Shown: positions 36,623 to 49,808 of the stretch, piece by piece | How the letters are laid out: each line of letters begins with the position of its first letter | How positions within the stretch are numbered: position 1 is the stretch's first letter | Assembly: GCA_051294905.1 (NCBI GenBank) | Contig: CM119374.1 | Location: forward strand, 16,120,001 to 16,184,000 | DNA length: 64,000 nt | Direction: 5' to 3' | From: Botryllus schlosseri | Lineage: Eukaryota | Made by a program: the position numbers and the translations under genes | Notes under the pieces: model-generated | Told to the model about the DNA's origin: nothing | Seen by the model: the letters and a program-made list of their open reading frames with translations, nothing else | The model's database searches: none

Positions 36623-38555
36623 CTGCAAAGAAACAAATATTTTATGCCAGAAGACTGTGTGATAATATGTTGTGAATATTTATCGTTCAGTTACTTCCTT
36701 ACCCCTTGTTGATAACAAAGAGCTTGATTCTTCAGATTCCCATTGACATATACAGTAAAAAGATATGCTACACAACCGACCCTGTCGCTACAAAAACTTC
36801 AGAATAGTATAGTCCTTTAGAACCAAGTGAGAGTATTGTATCAGATGGAAGTATGGTATGCGAGTATCGTTATGTGCAAGAGCAAGTGTGTTATGCAGAG
36901 CGAAATATCAAGTATGGTATTGAGATGGCCAGGAACGAAACATCTGGTTTTTCGGCCGAAGAATTTTTTCCTGCCTTTACCGCTAATTCTACTTCTACAT
37001 CGCCATATTTTGTAACTTAGTTTTTGATGCTCTTTATCGCTCCTTGTCTTATTAACTACGGACCTTGTCATCCGAGGGGGCGCCATTTTCTGAACGCGGC
37101 TTAAGGGTGACAAAATTATTAAGAAATGCCGCTGCACTATGGATATTCTTAGCATCGTGATATTTCGTAGTTTCATTACGCCCCAAATACCTACACGCCC
37201 GGCATTCCGTGTGTCTAGAAAAGGTTTCAGCTTCATCACGGCAAAAGTAATAGAAAGTATGGAATATGTATTAAATGCGCCAGATATGGCTGAAGCAATC
37301 TACTCAAGCAGCAAGCAGCAGTAGAAGTTCTGCCAAAAACTTTCACTTATTTATAAGTGGAAGTGCGGCTTCGATAATCTGTACTTCACCTGTCTCTTCG
37401 CAGTATTTCTGTACAATAAATATGCAAATTCCGTAATGTTGGGTGCACAAATGTTCCATATCAGTCATTCATCAACATCAGTACAAAATAACAATATTCA
37501 TTTAAGGTTTCACAATTTTACGTATTCTGACCACAGGTGAGACGCTGCCTCACTTGCATTCTTGGGCGCACCTAATTGTTAGCGGGCTCATGATCGATTT
37601 GCGATGTAGGCAGACTGCGACATTATATTGCACATAAAGTGCTCTTGATAAAAATACATAAAACATGCATGTTTTTTTCTCACAATGGTCATCTCGACAG
37701 TTCGCACACACGCTACTATAGCAACACCCTTGACATTCTATGTCAAAAAGGCATTTTCTTTAGCACGGCAAAAGTGATAGAAAGTATGTAATGTGTATCA
37801 AATGCGCCAGCGGTAGTTGAAGCAGACAGTATCGCCACTCAAATAGAAGTATAAACATTGCCGAAATTTCAACTCAATTGTAAGTAGAAGTGAGGCTTGA
37901 CTCCTCGGCTCCTCAACTGTCCTCGAGCTATTTCTGAACAGTAAATATGCAAATTACGTGATTTTGGGCGCAGAAATGTCCCAAATCAGTCATTCATGAA
38001 CACCAGTAAAATATAACAATAGTTATTGAAGGTTTCACAATTTTCTTTTATTTGTTCTGACACCAAGTGAGACGCTGAGACTCACTTGCCTCCCTCGACC
38101 GCACCTCCCTGTTAGTAGGCATATATCAAATTTGTGGTAGGCAGACTGCGACATTGTATTACGCATATTGTTCTCTTCGTTCATAAAAATATAACAGGCA
38201 TGTCTGTACTCACAATGGTCATCTCGACACACGTACCGGCAGTAGACATTTCGTCTGTAAATATAGGACATCCCGTTATATGCAGTCATCATGTTTACAT
38301 TTATACATACACTGATAGTCCAAATAAACGAATTGGTTCAAAATCAACGGTATATTATAGCAGTCATAGTGTGAAGAATCACCAAGACCATATCACCCTC
38401 GGATCGTTTGACTCATAGTTGCTTTTAATTCACGTGAAACGTAGCAGTCCAATATTACAGAGGTGGTCAAAGTAGTCAAGAAAGTTACTCAAGTAGAAGT
38501 GGAAGTAGCGACACAAAAATCTGCTCAAGGACGAGTAGAGGTACTCCCTTCAGAA

Positions 38556-40135
38556 CAGAGGTCTCAAACACGCGGCCCGCGGGCCGCATGCGGCCCGCGA
38601 CGGCATTTTGGATTTCGAAGTATTCGACAATATTTTACTACCAATTTTTGAGAACTTAAAATTCGCACTAAAACTACTCCAGACTGAAACTACTCATCAA
38701 ACTTCACCAATACATCACTTTCAAAAGTTACCACTCAGTGGAAGATCAACTATAACGTGACATTACTTGTTTAATATGGTAAAACATGACCCGTTGATGA
38801 TTCGTGACTGAAAATTGTGATTTGGACTTAGGCGCGACCCTCTGTATTACTCGTACTCGTCACGTCAAACGTTAAAATCAGAGAAGAACTTTTGTGACTC
38901 GGAATGCCGTGACTTGGCACAACCACGCACGCGACTAACCATGGTGTCCTATATGGCGTGGACACAAGCAAATCTCACGGCTCAGTGAAATTGGTGTACG
39001 TCACACTTTCCATTTGGTCGAAGGCAATTTGACGGCAATTTTTGTCCGGTTTGTCCTGCATTAGCCTAAATTTTATAAAATGGGAATCAACCGAAAGCTA
39101 CCGCGGTACTGATTGCGAAAATATATATTTATTCTGTTCGTGGTCCTGGAACTCCCCAAAATAACCCTCGAATGTTGCATTGCATGTGAGTTTGGTATTG
39201 TGATGCAGCAATGACGCCTGGGAGCAGGCGAGGAGCACCGCAGGCAGCCAGCGTATCGGCCATTGTTACGCAAGCGATTGAGCACTCTCACTCTCGTGGC
39301 ATTTGCTCCTGAGCTGCTCAGACGGCATGGTTGCGTCACAATACCAAACTCACTTACAATGCAACATTTGGGGTATATTTTGGCGTGTTCCAGGGCCACG
39401 AACAGAATAAAATTTATACTTTCGCAATCAGTACCGTGGTAGCTTTCCATTGATACCCGTTTTATCAACTTTAGGCTAATGCAGGACAAGCCGGTCAAAA
39501 ATTACCGTCAAATTGCCTTTGACCAAATGGAAAGTGTGACAAAGACCAATTTCCCTGAGCCGTGAGATTTGCTTGTGTCCACACCATCTAGGACACTATG
39601 AACAAACTATAAAACTGGCAGGAGAAATAGTAAAATATCAAAAGGTTGTAGCTTGCGTTGCGTAGCTTATTTAGATATCTAAGCATGTAGGTATGGCAAC
39701 CGACATTGGCATTATGTTGCCCCTTTGATGTATAGTTGGTTACATCCCGTGTCATCTTGGGTATCTTTATATATGTTATTGTCGTCAATTTAATGTGGCG
39801 AGTATTAACTAGTCGTAGCCTATACGCTTCACAGCTGTAACACCAACGGATTCTTCGGCGATTGCACATTTCTATTGTTATAGCACAGAACCGTTATGTT
39901 CACGTTGTTATTGATCTGTTCCAACATTCGAAGGTAAAATCAAACGCTGATTCTATTTGACTTCCGAAATGACATTTCAATATAGCCTAGTTATCAGGAG
40001 TAGACCAATGCTAGAAACCCGGAAATGAAGCCTACTCTGAAATACATTGAATTCCCCTATCATTGGTGGTGCGGCCCGCAGCGCCATCAAAAATAGGAAA
40101 TTGGCCCGCGAGCACATTTGAGTTTGAGACCTCTG
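38556..40135. mobile_element. hAT-type MITE nested in the 38458 element
   Basis: TIR CAGAGGTCTCAAAC...GTTTGAGACCTCTG. TSD CTTCAGAA/CTTTAGAA. Confidence 0.88.
38941..39599. repeat. Foldback element with ~280-bp inverted arms and a short spacer
   Basis: 38941-39220 matches the reverse complement of ~39320-39599. No clear TSD. Confidence 0.88.
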
Positions 40136-42057
40136 CTTTAGAAGCAGCTCAAAACTACTTGAAGTAAAAGTAGAATTGACTAACTTTAAATCTACTCAAT
40201 AAGTAAGTAGTTGTGAAAAAGATCGTAAAATTCGGTAAAATTGACTGTCACAAGCTGCAAATTGAGCTATGCGAAAGGTGCGAGCTTGATTCATATTGAT
40301 GCTTCCCAGGTGGTATAGCATAAGCATAAGCATTCTTCCGCATCATCGAATGGAAAAGATAGCAATAATATCGAAATGCGATTCTAATCGTCCTTTTATT
40401 CAAATACCTCGATTCAGAAAAATCATGGTATGGCGACCTCATCCATATTATAGGGCTCGTAATTTTGGTCGAAGAGCAATGCAGAAACGTTGTGTCGAAA
40501 ACTGTGTAATGCTTTGCGCGATTAGTAAACGATAATAAAAAATATAGCTGATCCTAAAAATGCAAATGCCATATAGTGTAGCTATATTTTCCGAAATTAG
40601 AGGCATCACTACACTTGCTTTTATACTTCAACATGTATGTTCTCCAGACAAAATAGTTGAAACGATAGCTAGAACTCAAAGTATGATACTGGGAATTGAA
40701 AGAGAAATATAAATACTAATTAAAAAAAGCGCAAAATCTATTTCATGTCTTTTGTCCAGGAAGTTTCAACAGTGGTCTGCTAAAACAGGTCTAAAGCTTA
40801 GAAATATCCACTTTTCCAGATTAGGACACGCCATGGGCTGCTAGATTACGATATGATAGGTGAATGCTCGATTGCGAAACGGTAGTTTCAGACGCCATGA
40901 TGGGCCATATTTACTGTGATCAAATATTTCATATGGAAGACGATGCGGTGTGAACGGAACCACGCAACCCACATACTAAATTATATTCACCGATACATTC
41001 GTGAAATCCTATTGGTCTACTGTGCGCATAGCGCGACGAAAATTCTGGACTTACTCATTTTTTATGAAAAGTAAATGCTGATACTCTGTGAAAACAGGCC
41101 CGAAATTCCTCAGGCTATCTTTTTGAGTGAAGGATTAAACTACTTCTACTGAAAATAGGGAAAAGTAAAGAAGTTCATCATAAAATATTATGAAGTAGAA
41201 GTATAAGTAGCGAGAAATTAGATCTACTTGAGTTAGTACCTAAGTAGCGGGAAACTACTTGAGTACTTCAAAAAAGTTGAAGTACTTCATTACTGACCGC
41301 CTTTGCAATATTATCGTAGGCCAACATAAAACCATGGCTGCTGAGTGTAGAATTTATGAAGTCATGCTATCGGCGCCTGATTTTCCTTTTCGTTCAAGTG
41401 ACTGGCATTCAAGTGTTTAGAATGGAGGCCGTAGCTAAGCTTAAGATCCGCCAGCGCAGGGCTCTGCGGGTCGGTTTCAAGAAGAATGTTTTCTTGGGAA
41501 CCGGTCTGTAAATACACAAATGTTCAAAATTTGCCACCTTAAAGTCTATATATAAAGTCCGGCATCTACCGGTCGGAATAGACTCAGATTTTGGGTGTAG
41601 CGTTTTTTCAGGCAACCTGGCCATTTTATATTCAAGCAAGTTGAATAGGAAAAAATTATATTTTTGAACAATCATAGTGCCCACCCATGTAGTATACAAC
41701 GTGAGTATAGTGTTGGGCAAAATCGGTATCTGAGTGATTCGATTCCGAATCAATAATTACGCCTCGCGTCGGTCGAGTATTTGAGTATCACTCCTTATGA
41801 CGTCACAACTGCATGGATGCTGTGGGACGTTTAAATGTGAACTTTTTATGCGACCGCAAAAAATATAATGCCAGTTCTACATCATTATTTGGCATTTTCC
41901 GATCATGCCAATTTCATGGCACTTTTAGACAATTCTGTAGGTTGACTACCACTTCACAGATATGTCATTTCCTCTAACGTGAGTAGCCTTGCACTACATG
42001 TTTCATATGCTGCGATACGAATAATCGGGGTTTATAGCCTTCTACAGTGGATAAAAA

Positions 42058-42085
42058 TGTCAACAATAACAACAACAACAGCAGC

Positions 42086-42119
<34 letters not shown>

Positions 42120-42141
42120 GCAACAAAAACAACAACAGCAA
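42058..42141. repeat. (AAC)n microsatellite
   Basis: Visible directly. It explains the poly-L, poly-T and poly-N ORFs at 41974-42361. Confidence 0.95.
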
Positions 42142-44054
42142 CGTCGACCGGCTGGCACCGTCCCCGTACCAGAGGTTGCGGGCCACTGCACTCCTAATTT
42201 TTCAAAAAACTAATTCACGAAGACTATATATCGAATCATTAAGACTGGGTCATTTAGAAGCAATGAGAATATCACCTGCTCCTTCGCTTTTGATGCATGC
42301 AATAAATACAGCTGCAATAAACCATGACAAAAGTTTCGTCGAGGGAGTATTCATGTTTTAAAGTAACCTAAAAGACTGTAAAACAGTACGCATATCATCG
42401 AGTAGCCAACCAACAGGCTCGAATAGAATCGCAGCTTTAAAATCTGGTGAACGCGTACATTATGAGTAGGCTATATCTTATGTGTCATAGAAGCAAATGG
42501 ATAAGCCAGTACATTGAATACGGAAATGGTCTCTCGATGTTGCCATCCTAGTTATTTTATATTTGCGAGGACTCCGACCGAAATGTCATGACTTACATTG
42601 ATTTACATTGTGTTTTATTTCCGTAGAACACTATCGACTATCACAATATAGTGTTGAATCTATTATATTTCCATCTTCAGAGCTGGTTGCGAGCCAATAA
42701 AAAACTGACTCGTGAAACGCAGTTGTCCACGGTAAGTGGTGTTAACAACTCGGATGTATGGCACCTATCCAAGTGTCGTGAACTGAAATCACTTGTCCTA
42801 CGACTAATCTTGGTAAAACAATAAAATGATCTTTCCCTTGGTGCTTCTCGAGCTTACGTTTAAAGCTTGCTGCCTGATAGATATATTTGCAGAATGGTTT
42901 ACATAGTCGTATGGATGAGCTATCCTTGCCGATCGCTTTGTTTCCACTCATGAATAGACTCGAGTACAATTACAACTGCTGACAGTAGAAATCCATATTT
43001 ACTTCCTTGCGACAGCAGGCATATCCGTGATTATGTTCCGAAGCGTACTATTAGCCAAATTTCGCGTCTCTGTGGCAATAATGTGGATGAGTTCCTTATT
43101 TAGTGTTCGCGATTCGTTAGGAAACTGAAGTGCCGACACATGTGTTATTATTTGTTAGTTGCTGAAACCCGTTCCACTGCACAGCATATCGTTAATTCTC
43201 AGTCCTAGTAGTTAATAATCGCCGCAATTGAGCCGCGACAGCTTGCCAACCTATTAGTTTCATTTGGCCGTTTATGTTTCACAATGAGCAGACGATGGGC
43301 CGTTTACAACGGTATGCCGATAAATTGGGCTACAATAAGCAATAAAATATCAATGATAAGTTCACTCACAGTGCAAAGATCTACGATATAAACGAAATGC
43401 AGGTTGCAAAAAAATTATGACTTCGTAAACATTTGTGACATTTTTTGACCTAACGCTACGTTTTTGACCAAATTTTGTGTCAAAAATGTCAAAGATAAAT
43501 CGCCCTACTGATGAGTCACGAATTACGTTTTTTATGGTCGTCGCCCAGAATGCTCACGTACTCTCCGATTTGAAAATGTTCCATAACACATTCTTATTTA
43601 TAGTCACTTCAATATTGACTTCAGTCAGTGGCCGAGAATGCTTGCTCACAACTAATAACTAGGGATGGTGCGAACCTCTGAAAGTTTCTAGTTCATCTGA
43701 ACGCGAACCTTTTTGAAAGCTTCTGTGTAAACGCCAACGTGAACCTTTGACGTCACGTGACGTCATATTGTTAATGAGAATCCTAATCTTCGTAAAGTGA
43801 TATATTATTGTACAATGTGTATGATGACTAGCGACGACTCACCAAATTATGCAACTATGCTCAAGTAAATGATGACTTTTAAACGACACCTAATGTGTAC
43901 ACTGGAACAATCAAATTCCACAAATTCAATATTATCCGTCCCTTTGCCAACAATTTCGACGAGTACTCAGATTGACCGGCCCTAGGCATTCTTGAGAGTA
44001 CAACATCGGTTTCTATACTTGCACCAAATATTATTTCAGAAATAGGTTACACAC

Positions 44055-44710
44055 CAGGGTTCACCAACACGCGGCCCTCGAGGTCATATTTTGCGGCCCG
44101 CGACCTGATTTGTGATGTAGCTTCGTGAAGCATGTTGTAATCCTGAAATTGATTTCAGTTTAAAAATAATGTTGTTTTTGTTCAAAATAAGCTATTCGCT
44201 TATACCCAACATCACTATTCCTAATTAGCAGATACGGCTTCGGAGATGGTAATAACAGTCCATGAAGGTAGAATTAGCTGATATGATATGCAATGGCCCA
44301 GACACTGCCAAGACCGAAACGCTCAGAAAGTGACCTCTGGCTTCCACACAAGAGCAAGCTTTACGATGAGATATAGTTTTCCGTAAAGTACCGTATCTAT
44401 ATCGCTAACCCCAATATCGAATCATTAGTCGTTGAAATGCATTGTTAGATATCGTTCAAAATTCAATAAAAGTGATGATCGTGAAGGTGATTTTTGTTAT
44501 ATTTGCATTTCTTCATGAAAATAATATTTATTGTGGTAACTATGGCTACTCCCGTTGCTCATGTTAGAGGCGACAGCCCTGTACTAATGTAGTTTTAAAA
44601 CTGTGCTTGCTAAACTGTGTGGCCTCTTTTATCTCGATATTGAATTCATACGGCGGCCTCTACGAAATTTGAAAAGTGGCCCGTGACCCATTTTGAATTG
44701 GCGACCCCTG
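44055..44710. mobile_element. hAT-type MITE (CAGGG...CCCCTG)
   Basis: Ends CAGGGTTCACCAAC and ATTGGCGACCCCTG. TSD poorly conserved. Confidence 0.65.
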
Positions 44711-44716
44711 TAACAC

Positions 44717-45097
44717 TAGGCTTACCATACGTCCTCTTTTAAGAGGATTTGTCCTCTTTTTTGACTTTTTTGAAAGTGTCCTCGGAGGACGCCCTTTTGT
44801 CCTCTTTTTTGAGATTTTGTCCTCTTTTTTGAAAATTTAGGTCAGATTTAGAAGAAATTGCGAGTGATATGCCGCAAATTAGTGCAGAAGTGAAGCTCCG
44901 GCGGGTATTTCGGAGGGAAAAGCGGTGATTTCAGCTCCGAGCGAAAAGAAGACCTTTTTTTTTTTTTTTTTTTTTTTGTCAACCGATCATGAAGTGGGAA
45001 AAATTTACCGGTTTTTGAGAATTCTTCTCCAGTTTTGCATGTCTGAAATTTCTGAAAAAGTGTCCTCTTTTTTCATTTCCGAAATATGGTAAGCCTA
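44717..45097. mobile_element. hAT-type MITE, TAGG..ACCATA/GTCCTC-repeat family
   Basis: TIR TAGGCTTACCATA...TATGGTAAGCCTA. Exact TSD TGTAACAC. Confidence 0.92.
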
Positions 45098-46229
45098 TGT
45101 AACACTGTATCCACCTACCCAATCGAAAAAATTTGATATTTATGATACAGTAAAATTGTCAAATCAAGAGAGGTCCCGTACGCCTGATAGATATTTTACA
45201 TTAGAAATTGATACCTTATTTATATCAACTTCGTTGATGTAAATGTAATTGATTGGTTGACGAGGCACAATTTGCTGACTTCCTACAACTTATGTGTTTC
45301 GTTCATGATATTGTGTGATTGCGGGCAAAGCTCATAGCAGAGAGTCATTTGGGATGAGGGTTGCAGTAAGCGGTAGCGTTTGCTGGCTTGGAAGTTTCGT
45401 TATGTGTTTTCTCGTGGACGGAAGTATATGTAGCCTACAGTGCGAAGCTATCATTTCGTAACTACTACTAGGACTGTGCAGGATCGCGTACCTGATGATT
45501 CGAATGCGAATCCAGAATTAGGCTTAAGGTCGAGTCTAGTATTCGAATACCACTCATTGTGGCGTTTTAGCTTTATGTATGGTCTGGAAAGTTTTAATAT
45601 GTATCTTTTATGCAGCCACAAATGAAATTATCTCAGTTATACTACATTGAAGATAATTTGGTATTTTTCGGTCATATATATTTCATATCGCTTTTATGAC
45701 AAAGCTGCGGATCAATCATGTTTAGACAAATGTCGTTTCTGCTAACGTGCGCATGCGCATACTTTTTCCACAGGTTTTGTATACTGGGATGGTTTCAAGG
45801 ATTCAACGGTGAAATTTAGTATCGAGACTTTCATTAACGTTGATAAAATAACTGACTGTGTCAAGGAGAATATAATTTCAGTATTTAGCTTATGGTCCGG
45901 TAAGTCTGGACCAAGCTCAAGTCGGATAACGGAAGGTATTAGACACCAACATCGCTAAAATATGTATATTCTACCCCCTACCATTGCACATTATTATTTT
46001 TGACCAAATAATAAACTGAAAAATTTTCCGCACTAGGCGCGATTTACCTTCATCTCATATTTATTACATTGTGTAGAGCAGTGATTCCCAACCGTGACTT
46101 CCAATTAGCCTTCTTGCGGCTCCCATTGACGTTTGAAAATCGCCCAAAAATATTAAAAAATCAATTTATAACAAAAAAATCTAAATCATATTAAAAAAAT
46201 AACCCTTGCTTGGCTCTCAGCATGGTGTT

Positions 46230-46830
46230 TATAATCAAGGCTGAAGGACAACTCCTCTGCTGTCGAGTAGCGATTCACATCTCAGCATCGATTTCGTTCT
46301 CACAGCAAAATAATCACACACCAATGCGTTCGGATCGGCACTCAAATTTAAGTCAGCTCACAACCAGACATTTTCCAACGGTATCTGAACATCACCCCAG
46401 TGGATCATTTGATGCAGGCAACAGGCTAATCAGCAACTTTATTGATGAGCTCAACCGCTGCATTGACGGAATGAATGCTTTCTTGTCCGTGATGAAAATG
46501 TTTTGAAATCCTATTACATACAATGTGGTCACCGCCCCTTGTAATATTCAACTTGAGTTGCTAGACATGCAGTCAGATATCGAGCTCAAGGAATTACTTA
46601 AAAGAGAAGACTTACTTAAATTTTTTGAGTCAAGTTCCTTGATAACCAAATGCCCAGAAAATCGATTCTCTATTGTGATCAACTTATGTAGGCCTATGTT
46701 GAGCACTTTTGAGCAGAATGTTTAGAATGAAAAATCAATATCGCAATCGATTGACCGATGACCACATGAAGCATCTACTGCGTAGGCTGCATTCTCTGCA
46801 ATTTATCCTCACTTTGACACACTTCTTGAA
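46230..46830 (+). pseudogene. C-terminal SPIN/GTF2IRD2-like hAT transposase fragment
   Basis: HFPT...F*NP...APCNIQLELLDMQSD.ELK and KNQYRNRLTDDHMKHLLR motifs, with stops and frameshifts. Confidence 0.8.
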
Positions 46831-46892
46831 GTTCAAAGCCAATGCCAGGATGGACATTAAATTGATTTTATTTTGCTTGTTAGTGTTGCTAT

Positions 46893-48205
46893 CAGGGCTT
46901 TGGAGCCGGAGCCGGAGCCCGGAGCCGGAGCCCCGGAGCCGTGCATTTTCACCGGAGCTGGAGCCGGAGCCGGAGCTCTACATAAAATTCAGCCGGAGCC
47001 GGAGCCGGAGCTGGAGCCCGTTATTTGAGGAGTAGCTCCGGCTCCGACCTATTTCATAAGATGCTATTATATATGCAACAAACACATCTGCTGATTCATC
47101 ATAATTGAACAGCAGGCCTGAATTTTAATGCTGTGCGCAGCAATGGCATAGAGTAAAGTGCGTTCTAATGCAGCTATGATGTTGTCGACAATTGACAAGT
47201 ATACATTATCACGTCACAAGCCGGCACGGCGGCACCTAGTCTATATGTCTTCGTTGCTACATCGGATGTTACTGACGGCTGACAGACTCTAGACTACTAT
47301 TATAACTAACCTATGGGTAGATTTGTAATCTATATAGACCAGGAATGGTCAACCTTTTCGGCTAAAGGGGCACATGCAATTGACGAACGAGTGCGCGGTC
47401 CACTAGTCGCGCCAAGCGGGTAAAATTTTCAAAGTTTATAAATAAACTAGGTCAATATTATTATTACTTGAGTATATTGCGGGTCTATATTGTATACCGC
47501 CCGCTAGGCTCAGTTTGCAAAGACACGACTATTCGGCGTCTGGCCACATCGATATCGAAGGTCTCCGATAATATGCGACAATCATTTTGGGCCTACATTT
47601 CACCGTCGACTATGTTTATGCGAGCGTAAACGCGAAAAGACTTTCTCCCGTAATTGCGAATACAGTTAGACTCAATCAGGTAAATTAGGCGTTTATTTCA
47701 TTTTCAGTAGGGGCCAGGGGGTAGGCTACCAAGCAAGAAATCGTGTGACAATTAAATACGCGAAGCGTGAAGAAAAATTTCGCTACTATTTTAGTTTATT
47801 GTAATATACGACGATTTACTGAAAATGTGACCGGACCCTGGATCTGCCAATGCGTCGGAACTGATATTTTAGTCATCAACATCCCAAGTGTCGCAGCCAG
47901 AATTGTAATTTTTGGTTTGCATTGCATTGCAAGTCCACAATCTTAGCAATTCATTTTCGATAATATAATAGGAAATTACCTCGCGGGTCACGCAAAACCC
48001 TCTCGCGGGCCACATTTGCCCCGCGGGTTGGCCACCCCTGATATAGACAGACCCATTCGATAATTTCAGAGCCGGAGCCGGAGCTGGAGCCGGAGCAGTT
48101 GTAATAATGCGGCTCCGGAGCTGGAGCCGGAGCCACTGTATGATTGAAGAACGCTCCGGAGCCGGAGCTGGAGCAGTTTAAATTTACGGCTGCTCCAAAG
48201 CCCTG
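46893..48205. mobile_element. hAT-type MITE with subterminal (CCGGAG)n arrays
   Basis: TIR CAGGGCTTTGGAGC...GCTCCAAAGCCCTG. Exact TSD GTTGCTAT. Confidence 0.93.
47340..48040. mobile_element. hAT-type MITE, innermost of a triple nest
   Basis: Ends CAGGAATGGTCAAC and GTTGGCCACCCCTG. Exact TSD ATATAGAC. Confidence 0.88.
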
Positions 48206-49616
48206 GTTGCTATTCGTTGGTACGTGCTTTCATGCTTTATAATTTTTGTTTTACCTAATGAGTGTGTTCCTGCGCCTCCAAACGTACTCTGAAATTTGAA
48301 ATGCGGCCGCGAAACCGTAAAAGGTTGGGAACTACTGGCGTAGCGTTTGTAACCTGCATGTCATTTTGATGATAACCCTCGGATTATCCTTGATCGAGGA
48401 TAATCCGCGATTTATCAACGAAAAACTCACATAACTCCGCTTCCACTGGTCAGAATTGACTAAAATTTGTTTTGCAACGTCTTTGAAGACAGCTCAAATT
48501 TCATGGGGTTGGCAAAAAAAATTGGAATTTTTTTTCAATTTTTCATAATAAACTAAAAATTTTAATTGGATCTGCGGAGTCCTATACTAGTTAGAATTGA
48601 ACCAAATTTGGTGTGCAGCGTCTTTTAGTGTAACCTGACAATTTAATCAGTGAATGGCTGTAATACTAAAAAAAAATATTTTTGAATAGCCCTAATGAGC
48701 AGTCTCTCAACAGTCACGCTGAAACTACACGTTGAGATTGAAAACATTCTGGTTGCTTTGGATTTGACGATAAAATATTCATTATCACCAAGGAAGGCTT
48801 GTCTAAACGCTGTTCCATGTTCTTCTGAATGTAAACTGAAACTGGTCTCGGATCTGCTGACCCATCCATTTCTTCAACAGTCCTCCGTTTCTTGCTAAAT
48901 GCTGAGGTGTTAATTCTTTTTATTACTGTCCCATTCCCCCCCACCCATCGCTTTGCTGAAGTTCATTGGTACTTCTCGCTTCGAAATAGATTTATGACTA
49001 TAGATACGTTTTGTTCCCATTGTGCCCCACCTTCTCCTACACAGGGGATGAGGGCTTCAAAAAGAGCTCAGACTCTTCGAAACGTATTGTATTACATTAT
49101 ATTTTAATCCATGTATGTTTAAACTAAATGATCGGGTCGCAATCTGGAGGTTTAGACCAGCAGGTATGTGCTATAACAAATACTGTACGTACATGTTATA
49201 CATCTGAATCGCCCTATTTTGCTCCAGAAAAACATCATGCATATGCAAAATAAAACTATCACCTTGAAATAATAAATATCAAAAATATCATAAAAATAAA
49301 GGACAACGCGATATATAAACTAATGTTACAAAAATTATAGTTTTATTCGGAAGAATTTTAGAAACACTAACAAATCCGATTTTGAAAATGTATTCGGGGT
49401 ATTCGAATCCTTCAATAAATTCTTCAGCAAATTCCTGGATGTATCAAGTCTTTTGTAATATCCATGGCTAAATTCAGCTGGGGACATAAATACAGACATC
49501 ACCGTCTTCGGGCATCAACAACCGCGCAATGACGAGCAAACGAGAAAAGGATTCAATCAATTTTACGTTTTGTATCATAAGGTTAGCTATCTCTTTTTTA
49601 ATACCCATTGCTACAT

Positions 49617-49808
49617 TCAGGCGTAGTTACAGCTGCAAACAACACCATATAATAATGTGTCTGAGGATCTGTTTATCATCCCTTCGAAGTCTTTTCCTTT
49701 GGTGTCCGTATATAGAGCTAGGTGGGTCCAGCCCTTTGTCTTTTTCGGATGTTGTCCGTCTGGATACCATTTCAAATACATCTGCTCCGTCGTAGTATAT
49801 TCTGAGTT
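49617..49808 (-). CDS. CTLD gene II, terminal exon C2 (NSEYTTTEQMYLKWY...GMINRSSDTLLYGVVCSCNYA*)
   Basis: Same acceptor, length and stop position as C1. Open frame. Confidence 0.8.
   Translation of the reverse strand, partial: NSEYTTTEQMYLKWYPDGQHPKKTKGWTHLALYTDTKGKDFEGMINRSSDTLLYGVVCSCNYA

Larger units (their letters stand above)
38458..41305. mobile_element. CAGAGGTGGTC/TACTCAAGTA-family element (copy 2)
   Basis: Exact TSD CAATATTA. The paralogous segment has a single CAATATTA (empty site) at ~62581. Confidence 0.88.
27030..42000. repeat. Segmental duplication, copy I (boundaries approximate)
   Basis: Colinear blocks by eye: 27080-27330~49050-49310; 28550-28900~49500-49850; 29310-30830~52280-53700; 32385-33520~54350-57850; 36310-37300~61450-62100; 41314-41990~62590-63480. 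Confidence 0.85.
46079..48337 (+). mobile_element. hAT (SPIN/Charlie/GTF2IRD2-like) deletion derivative hosting two nested MITEs
   Basis: TIR CAGTGATTCCCAAC...GTTGGGAACTACTG. TSD GTGTAGAG/GCGTAGCG. Confidence 0.82.

Noticed and set aside
41974-42361. Poly-Leu, poly-Thr and poly-Asn ORFs
   Set aside because: Artefacts of the (AAC)n microsatellite.
42742-42969. ORF with DTWIGAIHP resembling the CTLD WIG motif
   Set aside because: Cys spacing and splice signals do not match exons B1 and B2, so there is too little support.
46709-47035. 108-aa ORF with SRSRSPEPEP repeats (SR-protein-like)
   Set aside because: It is a read-through from the transposase relic into the (CCGGAG)n array of a MITE.
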